Of a stretch of 64,000 nt of DNA, positions 40,301 through 48,946 are shown one piece after another. The notes beneath the pieces were generated by a model, which was given only the letters and a program-made list of their open reading frames with translations, had not been told where the DNA came from and searched no databases. Both the position numbers and the translations under genes were made by a program. Numbering within the stretch: the stretch's first letter is position 1; each line of letters begins with the position of its first letter. The stretch lies in assembly GCA_963666285.1 (NCBI GenBank), contig OY762711.1; one strand, written 5' to 3'. Source of the DNA: Sedimentisphaerales bacterium. Lineage in GTDB: Bacteria > Planctomycetota > Phycisphaerae > Sedimentisphaerales > SM23-30.

Positions 40301-40395
40301 AAATGAAAAGCAAGAGAAGTTAACATAAACAGTACAGCAAAAAGTAAAAGAGTTTTAATTAGAATCTGTTTATTAAAATGTGACTTTATCCCCAT
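37306..40395 (-). CDS. Hybrid sensor histidine kinase (Cache-PAS-HisKA-HATPase-REC-HPt)
   Basis: Periplasmic Cache-like domain (YVSPIDLNVE), MSHEIRTPL, NLLGNAVKFT, GTGLGL, LDLHMP, AHAIKNTAG. Confidence 0.93.
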   Translation of the reverse strand: MGIKSHFNKQILIKTLLLFAVLFMLTSLAFHLFIVWEKRVWAYHATQKTKNSLDASIINSQNNLHGMVNKLSILADFAEQNIYGDQVKFDNLINIYTTIGRKYPDIDQVRLLNINGREALRINFDDSSSYVCKETELQDKSQREYFKQGMKLGYGEVYVSPIDLNVENNAIEVPYKPVIRLVTPLRDKDGNTNFLFVINYRMRDVFQYLHHEENLLPYVKVELLNKDGYWLLNSREKDKEWGFILTDIHRGNIALDSPEIWQKMRNNRQGSIKTKNQIIIYQVLNWKDGMSQRVGFSLESKAGKADEPIYLLFSIQLDDLRQQYQNITLYHWHYENKFLLLFFQIITDLLISYSIVVLFHARHEMNKQRKYEQEKNKIILSSCPAAILTLDRDNKIVFSNDYVCNIFGYEADQLPDDIINSLVDFAANACKGTCAKELDCINEIEFSIRTRTGESKLLQCRFCWSSGNYTIYFFTDITEIKHNQQELVALNEELRSYTIELKQMAQFNESLALKAMETDKAQSLFLATMSHEIRTPLTAILGYTDLSLKLAADYPEIKNNLAVIHSNSGFLLNIINTLLDQEKIKSGKMKLHFAEMSIIKVLYSCSSIIQTLCDEKNISLVTEYEPLPVIIYSDSLRVQQCIMNLLGNAVKFTPQNGRIVISACLTELADGNYVKVAVADSGIGISREKQQSIFEPFEQLGVETDTAFAGTGLGLSITRQVVNLLGGEISVESEKGKGAKFTITIPAGTDRQLEVKDSYEQLSELAAEYDRGSETRYVGRVLVVDDTQTNLILFRMMLEAIGLIVDTANSGQEAIDRVNHNNKYDLIMLDLHMPEISGFDTFKEIKKLAPDLNILALTADALPATIAKCKQMGFGGIVFKPINRFQMDVQLKKFLQEETNEIEAVQNLEEDDSQEARSFIDPLETMKQLNIKMKDYIKALKLSYEDIQRLKKEVAAAIENNDTEAVRVAAHAIKNTAGTLSMKKVYENAKSLELLAVESRAGEYAQANQELTVVVDEVLQYIENRFFKQ

Positions 40396-40695
40396 ATAAT
40401 GTATTTGCTTTCCACTACCATATTTAAGTTAGATGTTGAATTACAATTCTATGCCCCAATAACTTATTCGGTTAAATAAAAAACAGGCATTACTGGTGAA
40501 ATATGCGAATAAAAAAACAGAAATGCGACAGAGTACAGCAATCTAAACTTAAATACTTACAGGTAATACGGTTATGCAAAAACAAAAAACTAGTTTAACT
40601 GTTACAATTCAACTGTCTCCACATGATATACATCTGAAATGGGCACCTATATCATTTTTATAGGTCCTTAACAATAGATATAGTTCTAACAGGTA

Positions 40696-40877
40696 TGCGG
40701 TATCGTTCTTATGACTGTTCAGCATTATACGCAAAGGCGAACGGGCAATTAGGTTAAAATTGAATAATAATAAGTAAAAAACTAAGGTGTTGGACTATCC
40801 TTCGACTAGCTCAGGGCAGGTCGTCTCACGTTTTGATTAAATTGAAGATTCACCTGAACGGCCCTTTTAGGCGATTT
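40696..40877 (-). repeat. Dispersed structured repeat, family A copy 5 (degenerate, with a nested family B module)
   Basis: TGCGGTATCG...TGACTGTTCAGCATTATACGCAAAGGC and GGCCCTTTTAGGCGATTT flank AAGGTGTT...TCGTCTCACG. Confidence 0.75.
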
Positions 40878-40897
40878 ACCAAAGGCACCGTATATTC

Positions 40898-42664
40898 TTA
40901 AGCCTGGGTATGATCTGTTGATGGTCGGGTAAGAAGGCTGATGACCACAAGAGTGGTAATGGAAACAAGGATAGCGGGAAGAACCGCATCAAGTTCGCCG
41001 AGCCAGCCTTTCCCTTTCAAATAAGGCTGAACGGCTTCTCCCCAGAGCAGAGTAATGATAGTGCCGGACAATATTGACACTACAGCACCCTTAGAGGTAG
41101 CACGTTTCCAGACGATGGCAGCAACCAGACAAGGTGTTATGGCAGAGCCGTAGATAGTGTAGGCATAGAGGGCTTTGTCAAAGAACCCGGTCGATTCTGA
41201 AAACAGCAGAGATACGCCGTAACCGATAAACCCGAAAATAAGAATCAGAACCCGGTTGAGGAAAATCAGCTGCTTTTGTCCGGCGTCAGGATTGATGCGA
41301 TTTTGATATACATCCTTCATAAAGGTAATCGTCGGGATAAGCAGGAAAGAATTGGCAGTTGAAATAATAATGCCGACGACAGTAACCAGGAAGACCAGCC
41401 CCAAGGCAAACGGCATATGATTTTTGGCAGCGTAAATTAGGACATATTTCCCATTTTCGGGGTTGGGGATCATACTGGAAGCGACCCAGGCATCGGCAAT
41501 GATCATAACCTCAATGGCAAGAGCCAGAAAAATCATAACAATAACAGCCTGTCGGGCACCTTTGGCGTTACGGCTGGCAAAAATGCGCTGGTACTGGTTG
41601 GCATCGCCAAGGATAAGCAGGAAAACCGGCAGCAGGAAATTCACCAGCTGAACCGGGGAATAAACACCCCAGAATTTCATATGGTCGGCTTTATTACCCA
41701 TGATGGTAAACGCATCGGCCATGCCAGAGAAACCACCAGCTTTGCTGAGCAAAACCGGGAAAGCGACAAGCACTGAAACTGTAATGAGTATGCCGGTGAC
41801 AATATCCATATAGGCCAGGCTCATAAGACCGGCCAGCATGGTATAGGCGATAATGAAAGCAGCGGCAATTATTGTGGCTTTCCGGGCAGAAATTTGCGGT
41901 TCTATCAGTTGCAGCGAACCAGCATCCGGTATGTTTTTGAGTTTGAAAGCGATATTGTGGCCGGTAATAGAAAATTTAAGTTTTACCGAATAGTCTTTCT
42001 GGACAACAGAGATATTATCCTGTTCTTCAACTTCTTTGGCAATCTGCATGAGATCAGCCCTTTCAACCACTTTGACAGTATAAGGGATAATATTATCGGC
42101 ATTATCAGCGGCTACCGCTTCGAGCTTAACAGTTCCGGTCCAGTCCTGGGGAGGGGTATAAGAGATACGGCCAGCTGTGAGCTGTTTTTTGGTGAAAGTA
42201 TCTTCGTCGGCAACAGGAATCGGTTCCTTATTGCCGGAGATAACCTCGATTACGGCACCACCGGCATTAAACTGATAGCTGACAATAACCATATAAGCAG
42301 TTATCAAGGCAATAACCGAAAGGAATCTGGCAGACTGGCCATAGCGTCTGCCGATGATTTCCGGAACAGACGAGGCTTCGATATTGCGGGCACGAGAGGC
42401 GATAAACGAAAGCAGGATCATGCCGAAAAAGGTGCCAAGCGGTATAATCATTGCCGCAAGACCGGTATTATAAGTCTTTTCGGCATTGCCGACAATTGAG
42501 CCGGTACCAATCCATACGGCAAGCATGGTGCAGACCATAATCCAGGGTGAAAGCGATCTGCCGGCAACAGCGAAATCTTCCTCGTTGTGCACCTGCCTGG
42601 ATTTGTATACGCCAATGACAACTAACAGTATAAGATATGAAAATATTGCTGTAATATAGATCAT
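40898..42664 (-). CDS. Sodium:solute symporter (SSS family) with a ~120 aa soluble insertion
   Basis: DFAVAGRSL, YQRIFASRN, multiple TM helices. Confidence 0.9.
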   Translation of the reverse strand: MIYITAIFSYLILLVVIGVYKSRQVHNEEDFAVAGRSLSPWIMVCTMLAVWIGTGSIVGNAEKTYNTGLAAMIIPLGTFFGMILLSFIASRARNIEASSVPEIIGRRYGQSARFLSVIALITAYMVIVSYQFNAGGAVIEVISGNKEPIPVADEDTFTKKQLTAGRISYTPPQDWTGTVKLEAVAADNADNIIPYTVKVVERADLMQIAKEVEEQDNISVVQKDYSVKLKFSITGHNIAFKLKNIPDAGSLQLIEPQISARKATIIAAAFIIAYTMLAGLMSLAYMDIVTGILITVSVLVAFPVLLSKAGGFSGMADAFTIMGNKADHMKFWGVYSPVQLVNFLLPVFLLILGDANQYQRIFASRNAKGARQAVIVMIFLALAIEVMIIADAWVASSMIPNPENGKYVLIYAAKNHMPFALGLVFLVTVVGIIISTANSFLLIPTITFMKDVYQNRINPDAGQKQLIFLNRVLILIFGFIGYGVSLLFSESTGFFDKALYAYTIYGSAITPCLVAAIVWKRATSKGAVVSILSGTIITLLWGEAVQPYLKGKGWLGELDAVLPAILVSITTLVVISLLTRPSTDHTQA

Positions 42665-42724
42665 GCTATTCCTTTAAAATTGGCAAATTAATTCTCCGGT
42701 TATCTATCGCGTGAAAATAACCAG

Positions 42725-44206
42725 CTACTCATTTATGGCATAACGCCAGTCAGTCCGCTGGGGGTGTTTGAAGATATCTGCGATCAGCTTTTCCAGCTGA
42801 GGGTCATATTTTGCCAACTGTTCGCGAGAACTGATAGTTTCGCCGGTCGAAACTTTAATCGAACCGGAATTGAAAAAGAGGCTGGTGCCATGGGCAAAAT
42901 ATTCAAAACGATTGGCAGAGACCGGGGTAGATTTCCAGAGGTTCTTTTCCATAGCAGCAGCATATAGATCCCTGAGTTTATAATCGAAACGAATATCCAT
43001 TCGCTCCAATCCGATTTCATATTGCTGCTTTTGCCTTTGGGCCTTAAACGCCAGATCTACCGGGCGAACACCATTATATATATATGCGGCAAGAGCCAGA
43101 TCGTGAACCAGGGAATCTTGTGTATTAGAGTCGATATATAAATGAAACTGCTCAGGCAAACTTATATGCATATATTTCTCTTCGTTGATAAAAGAATCGA
43201 CTTTTAGAGGATTGTCCTTTAACGTTGAAGGCAACTGCTTATAAACAGCCACAGAAAAATCGGCATCAATCATGGTTTTTAAGATATCATAACGATAACG
43301 AAACATATTGCGGACGATATTAGCAGTATTAAGCATCAAAGAGTCAGGAGTGTCTTTGGTGCCAAAAACCGAGAAATCCCAGAACCGGACAAACTTGCTA
43401 AAATTATCAGAAGCATCGGACGTATTTATCTTTTCTACGAGAGGAAGGTCATTGAGCGGCACATAACGCCAGTCATTATCGTCGGTAACTTTGAATATTT
43501 CCCGGACAAAGGATGCCATATCAGGATCGTAGGCAGTAAGCTCTTCGCGGGTGTTGATATCGTTATGGTTCCAGTTGTTCTGACGATCACAATCGAAAAA
43601 TGCCTGTACTGATTCGGCCCAGTATTCCGCGGCATTAGTAGCTGCATAATCATACTTGTAAAGACCTTTGTCCATCGCCTGCTGATAAAGGGCATCCAGC
43701 CTGCCTTGAAATGATGGATCACAATTGTGCAGACCGGGATGATGGATACCATGGGCCAGTTCGTGGATAAGAATACTTTCATCATCATATCGGTCACCCG
43801 GCAAGTTAAGTATATTTTCTTCGCCGCAGCTGGTGGTTCTGCCGCCGAAACCGCGTGCCCGCTGATTCCAGAAAGCTTTCGGTTTCATATGGGAATATTC
43901 AGGGACATCGGTAATCTGTTCTTCCCGGGCAACGATAATATAGCGGAACCCGGCATCAACCAGGGTCTGCCGAAGATCTGGACGATTGGCGAGCACATTA
44001 TCCAGTAATTCCTGTAAACGATAAAAGGCTTTGTCATCGACCTGATTGGAGCCAATCACAACAATGCCATCACAATCGAGATACTTTTCATAAAAAGGGT
44101 CTAATTTAAGTTCTGCCGGAGGAGAAGAGACATGGTTTGTACTACAGGAACATAAGCCGAAAAGAGCGCCCCCGGTAAGAACTAAACATAATATGTGCCT
44201 AAACAT
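42725..44206 (-). CDS. Zinc-dependent peptidase (anthrax lethal factor-like zincin), putative lipoprotein, tandem-duplicated domain
   Basis: HELAH plus EYWAE; lipobox-like GLCSC; second, degenerate repeat. Start placed at ATG 44206. Confidence 0.75.
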   Translation of the reverse strand: MFRHILCLVLTGGALFGLCSCSTNHVSSPPAELKLDPFYEKYLDCDGIVVIGSNQVDDKAFYRLQELLDNVLANRPDLRQTLVDAGFRYIIVAREEQITDVPEYSHMKPKAFWNQRARGFGGRTTSCGEENILNLPGDRYDDESILIHELAHGIHHPGLHNCDPSFQGRLDALYQQAMDKGLYKYDYAATNAAEYWAESVQAFFDCDRQNNWNHNDINTREELTAYDPDMASFVREIFKVTDDNDWRYVPLNDLPLVEKINTSDASDNFSKFVRFWDFSVFGTKDTPDSLMLNTANIVRNMFRYRYDILKTMIDADFSVAVYKQLPSTLKDNPLKVDSFINEEKYMHISLPEQFHLYIDSNTQDSLVHDLALAAYIYNGVRPVDLAFKAQRQKQQYEIGLERMDIRFDYKLRDLYAAAMEKNLWKSTPVSANRFEYFAHGTSLFFNSGSIKVSTGETISSREQLAKYDPQLEKLIADIFKHPQRTDWRYAINE

Positions 44207-44587
44207 TTCAAACCTCATTAATTCAATGTAAAAATGTGTTGCCACTTTAATAATTAGAAAAACAGCTTATCGGTCAAACGAAGACAAAGAATATCGTTTA
44301 TGTCATTTTACAGTTTACTATAATGCTTTCAAGGATTGTTTTAACGAACTAATAATTCTCACTACATCACAAACAGCTTGAATAGCTTGCATGAAAAGAC
44401 TTTATGTGTGAGATAGAATGGGAAATATGCGCAATGGCTGGCAAATCTTCAAATAACTGCACCAAAACAAGGAGACAATCTAAACAGATCGTATTTTATG
44501 AAAAATGAGAAAATTACCTATATATAAAAAATAAAGGCTGAAATTGATATATCTCAGCCTATTTGGAATTATCTCGGTTAAATACTG

Positions 44588-45229
44588 TTACAGGATATCG
44601 TGGCCCTGATGGTCAAGCATATGTTCAATGCCATCAAGGCAGAGGCTGGACCAGGTTTCCATAGTATCTTTAACAGCTTGCAGTTCATCAGGAGTAGAAA
44701 AGCCTATCTGGGTGATCATCTGCTCGCGTTTGTCAACCGCTTCGGCATCCAGCTGCCAGAGATGAACAACGCCAAGATGAACCTGGCCAACTTCGTTGGT
44801 ATCATCGTTGAGCAAAGCGACAATTCGGTCGGTATGGCCGGTACTGACAATAACTTCTTCTTCGATCTCACGTTCAACCGCCCTGCGATATATATCTTTG
44901 TAGTCAATTTCAGAATCATTGTTGACATGATCGACAGGATTTATATGACCACCGATTCCCATGGAACGATTGCCAACAAGCCGCTTTTCACCGCCACGCT
45001 TGCCACGGACATAGCTCAGGAATTTACCGTTGCAGGTCATAAGAACATAGGGTATAAGCTGCTTATAGGAAGGATCGTTTTCTGCTTCACTTCTAAGCAT
45101 AAACTTGAGATTTCCAGGGGCAAAGATACGGCTGACATACTCATCAATATCAAAACACAGGCCATGAAAAAGCGGGCCGGTTTCTTCGAGAACTTCACGT
45201 TTGACTACTAATACTTCCTCTTCTGCCAT
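44588..45229 (-). CDS. Predicted NUDIX-family phosphoesterase
   Basis: KQLIPY, GIGGHIN, REIEEE, VGQVHLG. Confidence 0.85.
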   Translation of the reverse strand: MAEEEVLVVKREVLEETGPLFHGLCFDIDEYVSRIFAPGNLKFMLRSEAENDPSYKQLIPYVLMTCNGKFLSYVRGKRGGEKRLVGNRSMGIGGHINPVDHVNNDSEIDYKDIYRRAVEREIEEEVIVSTGHTDRIVALLNDDTNEVGQVHLGVVHLWQLDAEAVDKREQMITQIGFSTPDELQAVKDTMETWSSLCLDGIEHMLDHQGHDIL

Positions 45230-45301
45230 GATATTCCTTAACTATTGTTAACTGCGGTCAAAATTCGACAATACAGTTCATATACATTATAATTTATACT
45301 A

Positions 45302-45739
45302 TTATTTGTCTAAAGCGGCATCACATTTGGAGCTGCATTTTTCACACTGTTTTTTTGCTTTATATTCCTCATATTTGTCACGGGAATATTTAAACGGAGC
45401 GGTAACAATATCTTTCAGAAAAATAACAGGATCAGAAACTGCTCGTTTCGCATTGCTTTTGCTCCAGGTTTTATACTCATCCTGAGGCGAATCGGTATCA
45501 AGTGCGGTATAGCCGGTAACATAAGGATTAGGCTTGATACTGTCATAAGGTTCAGGTTTAATCTCGGCCTGTGTCCAGTTCCTATGGATAATATCTTCCG
45601 GTACATATTCGGCAGTCTGTGCGCAAGACTGTTCACCGCAATTAGCGTCAGGTTTAACAGAGAGAAACTCATTAACCTTGCCACAACCGGCAAGAGTAAG
45701 AGCAACCAGAATAAGAACAGGATACAACTTCCTTGTCAT
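45302..45739 (-). CDS. Hypothetical lipoprotein
   Basis: Lipobox LAGC after a hydrophobic signal. Confidence 0.75.
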   Translation of the reverse strand: MTRKLYPVLILVALTLAGCGKVNEFLSVKPDANCGEQSCAQTAEYVPEDIIHRNWTQAEIKPEPYDSIKPNPYVTGYTALDTDSPQDEYKTWSKSNAKRAVSDPVIFLKDIVTAPFKYSRDKYEEYKAKKQCEKCSSKCDAALDK

Positions 45740-45796
45740 TTTTTACTCCATATTTTATATTCAACGAGCAACCGGTAAAGCCAGGCTGCTCAATAA

Positions 45797-47263
45797 TTAA
45801 CCAACAATATCACCACAGGAATAATTCGGAGCTTCCTGGGTAATGCTAATATCGTGCGGATGATTTTCTCTAACAGAAGCGGCGGTAATCTTGATGAACC
45901 TGGCATCGTTACGCAGTGTTTCAATGTCCTTTGTACCGCAATATCCCATCCCGGCACGCAGTCCGCCAACCATCTGATAAACAAATTCACTGAGCTTGCC
46001 ACGGTAAGGCACACGCCCTTCAACACCTTCCGGAACGAGTTTGTCAGCTTCGCGGGTATCCTGGCCATAACGGGCACCGCCGCCTTTGACCATAGCTCCC
46101 ATAGAGCCCATACCTCGATAAGTTTTGAACTGTCTGCCCTGATAGATTACTAATTCACCGGGCGACTCTTCGAGTCCGGCAAAAAGAGAGCCCAGCATAA
46201 CACTACTGGCACCAGCGGCAATAGCCTTGACAATATCGCCACTCTGCCTGACACCACCGTCAGCAATGACAGGAATACCAAATTCGTTGCCGGCACGAGC
46301 GGCATCCATGATGGCAGTGACCTGCGGTACACCTACGCCAGATACTACTCGAGTAGTACAAATGGACCCAGGTCCAATACCAACCCTGACAGCGTCAGCA
46401 CCAGCTTCGGCGAGAGCTTTGGCACCTTCATAAGTTGCGACGTTACCAGCAATAATTTCGATATCCCAGTTGCGTTTGATTTCTTCCACAGTCACCAGGA
46501 CATTCTTAGAATGGCCGTGGGCAGAGTCAACGGTAATAAAATCAACATCACTCTGGATAAGCTTTTCGACTCGATCGAAATCCATAACAGAGATAGAAGC
46601 CCCGACTCTCAGCCTACCGCGACTGTCCTTGGTAGCTTTGGGGTATTGATGAACTCTTTCGATATCACGCATTGTGATCATTCCCGCTAAAGTACCATCA
46701 CCGTTAACAAGAAGCAGTTTTTCCACCTTATGCTGGTTCAGGATAGCCTGAGCCTGAGACAGTTCAGTGCCGGCCGGACCGGTAACAAGATTGCCACTGG
46801 TCATAAGAGTAGAAACAAGCTGGGACTCATTTTCCAGAAAAGCCATATCACGGCGGGTAAGAATACCAATGAGCTTATTTTTGTCATCAACAACCGGTAT
46901 ACCGGAGATATTCTGGCGAGTCATCAATTCGCGAGCCTTACCAGCCAGGTCATCAGGTCCAAGTGTAACAGGATCAAGAATCACGCCATTTTCACTGCGT
47001 TTAACCTTTTCAACCTCGATAGTCTGTTCTTCGACAGACAGGTTTTTGTGGATAACGCCAATACCGCCTTCCTGAGCAATGGCAATAGCTAATGCCGACT
47101 CAGTTACGGTATCCATAGGTGAACTTACCAGTGGTATATTAACAGAAATATTGCGTGTCAGGCGGGTACTGGTATCGACATCTTTGGGCAGCAGTTCGCT
47201 GAAGGCCGGAACCAGTAAAACATCATCAAAAGTAATTGCCTGTCCAATAATTTTTTCACTCAT
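45797..47263 (-). CDS. guaB: IMP dehydrogenase
   Basis: TFDDVLL, CBS pair, [17 protein letters not shown]. Confidence 0.98.
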   Translation of the reverse strand: MSEKIIGQAITFDDVLLVPAFSELLPKDVDTSTRLTRNISVNIPLVSSPMDTVTESALAIAIAQEGGIGVIHKNLSVEEQTIEVEKVKRSENGVILDPVTLGPDDLAGKARELMTRQNISGIPVVDDKNKLIGILTRRDMAFLENESQLVSTLMTSGNLVTGPAGTELSQAQAILNQHKVEKLLLVNGDGTLAGMITMRDIERVHQYPKATKDSRGRLRVGASISVMDFDRVEKLIQSDVDFITVDSAHGHSKNVLVTVEEIKRNWDIEIIAGNVATYEGAKALAEAGADAVRVGIGPGSICTTRVVSGVGVPQVTAIMDAARAGNEFGIPVIADGGVRQSGDIVKAIAAGASSVMLGSLFAGLEESPGELVIYQGRQFKTYRGMGSMGAMVKGGGARYGQDTREADKLVPEGVEGRVPYRGKLSEFVYQMVGGLRAGMGYCGTKDIETLRNDARFIKITAASVRENHPHDISITQEAPNYSCGDIVG

Positions 47264-47640
47264 TAGCGTCTTTCTAACTCCAGCCTTTCAATGGGCTTAT
47301 ACAAAGTTTTAAAATAAATTTATACCTGGCAAACAATTTTAACCGCATATAAAAGTAAAATCAAGGGCAAAACCAATTGCTAAAGCCTGGACCATAAAAG
47401 GCAAGAGTTATAACATGACATAAATGAAATAGCCGGCAAAAAATGCACCCAGAAATACAGGATAGCGGACAACAGGCAAAAAAACACCCCCAAGGAAAAG
47501 ACGACAACCCAACATAATTTTCAACTAAGTACTTATTAAACAAAAGTTTACGCAACCATCTTTCAGTAAAAGAAAAAGCCGCATCAAGCGTAGGCTCGTG
47601 CGGCTAATACTGTTCTTTTCAGAATATACTTATGTTATGA

Positions 47641-48015
47641 CTAGCAGACGACGACAACATTACCATCATTTAAGGAAAGCTCCTTGACGGAAAGTCCTTT
47701 AACCTTACGGTCTGCAAGCTTATTAAGCTGAATAATAAACTTATCATTTTCGAAAGCAATATATTTGGCAACTGACGGCTCCTGTACCTTTGCAGTAATA
47801 AACGGCTTCACCAGCGGCATAGCTTCGAGGCCAAGAGTAAGTATGCCGTCTGTATAGGATTCGAAAATAACGGTAATGTCAATCGTAAACATGACTTTAG
47901 CTTTGATTTTAATTTTATTGGCCTCAGCAGTAACAGAAGAAACCTTGTCAGGCAGCCAGTTATTCTTTTTTAGTATAGTCACCAGTTCGTCTAGTTGAAG
48001 TTCTAGTTTTGCCAT
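47641..48015 (-). CDS. Hypothetical protein
   Basis: 124 aa ORF with RBS AGGA and a downstream hairpin. Confidence 0.7.
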   Translation of the reverse strand: MAKLELQLDELVTILKKNNWLPDKVSSVTAEANKIKIKAKVMFTIDITVIFESYTDGILTLGLEAMPLVKPFITAKVQEPSVAKYIAFENDKFIIQLNKLADRKVKGLSVKELSLNDGNVVVVC

Positions 48016-48113
48016 GTTTATATCCTATATATTTATTTTTCTACATTAAACCAACTAAATATTCTAAATGTTAAGCAAATCGGGTTCAAGATAAATATTT
48101 GGAAGAAAACTGC

Positions 48114-48905
48114 TTATTCCGCCAGATGCCTGATAACCGCCCTCTTTCGAGGAAGCAGAATATCGGCTTTTTTGAACTCATCCGGCTGATCGGCCCAATA
48201 TTGCACATCGAGCAGCTCGACGAAATCAGCAGTATAGTCCTTGAGTATGCCTACAAGTTCGACAGGTTTATCTTTGTAGACAAATTCTGCAACAACCTTT
48301 CTGCCAATATACCGTTCCAGAAGCGGTTCGTAGGCAGTATCAACCGAACCGATAATTTCATTTTTCATCTGGGAGACATACTTCTCCTGGCTGCTGAGCA
48401 GGCCACCGGCCACGGTAGTTTTTTTACCTTGCGAAATAAGAACGTTTGAAACCTCCATAACGGTATCACGGATGGTTTTAAAGATATTTCCAATTTTGCG
48501 AAACAGCTTGCGGATTCCACTGGGATGGTAAGCTCTCTTGAGTTCTTTTTCTCTCTTTGAGTTATGTTTTGCCGTCAGGTATTCATGAAACCGAACAATA
48601 GCAGCTATATTACCATATTCATATTTATATATCATATAGGAAGACTCGACATGACCGTCGGTATCGAGGTTTGACTTTTCATAAATTAGTTCCATGCCGG
48701 TAGGTTCAACGCGAAGATTGCCCCAGACATGTTTCCCAGCCGAATCTTCGAGAGTGACCATATAGCCATTAAAAGCTTTCAGGCATTTATCCCTGTTTCT
48801 ACCCTTGATAAAAGCCGCGACAATAGTAGAAAGAAAAATAAAGCATATTGTCAGAAAAAACGGATTACTAAAACCGCTCCAGAAATTTGTTGCCTCACTC
48901 AGCAT
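48114..48905 (-). CDS. Hypothetical membrane-anchored protein
   Basis: 263 aa, N-terminal TM helix; follows the DtxR fusion gene. Confidence 0.75.
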   Translation of the reverse strand: MLSEATNFWSGFSNPFFLTICFIFLSTIVAAFIKGRNRDKCLKAFNGYMVTLEDSAGKHVWGNLRVEPTGMELIYEKSNLDTDGHVESSYMIYKYEYGNIAAIVRFHEYLTAKHNSKREKELKRAYHPSGIRKLFRKIGNIFKTIRDTVMEVSNVLISQGKKTTVAGGLLSSQEKYVSQMKNEIIGSVDTAYEPLLERYIGRKVVAEFVYKDKPVELVGILKDYTADFVELLDVQYWADQPDEFKKADILLPRKRAVIRHLAE

Positions 48906-48946
48906 ATATTGCCCCTTACGTAAATTCTAAAATCAGCCGAACCAAA

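Noticed and set aside
44600..45211. 203-aa + strand ORF and other long antisense ORFs (e.g. 7342-7947, 41894-42499, 60438-61433)
   Set aside because: Shadows of well-supported - strand genes, with no motifs of their own.
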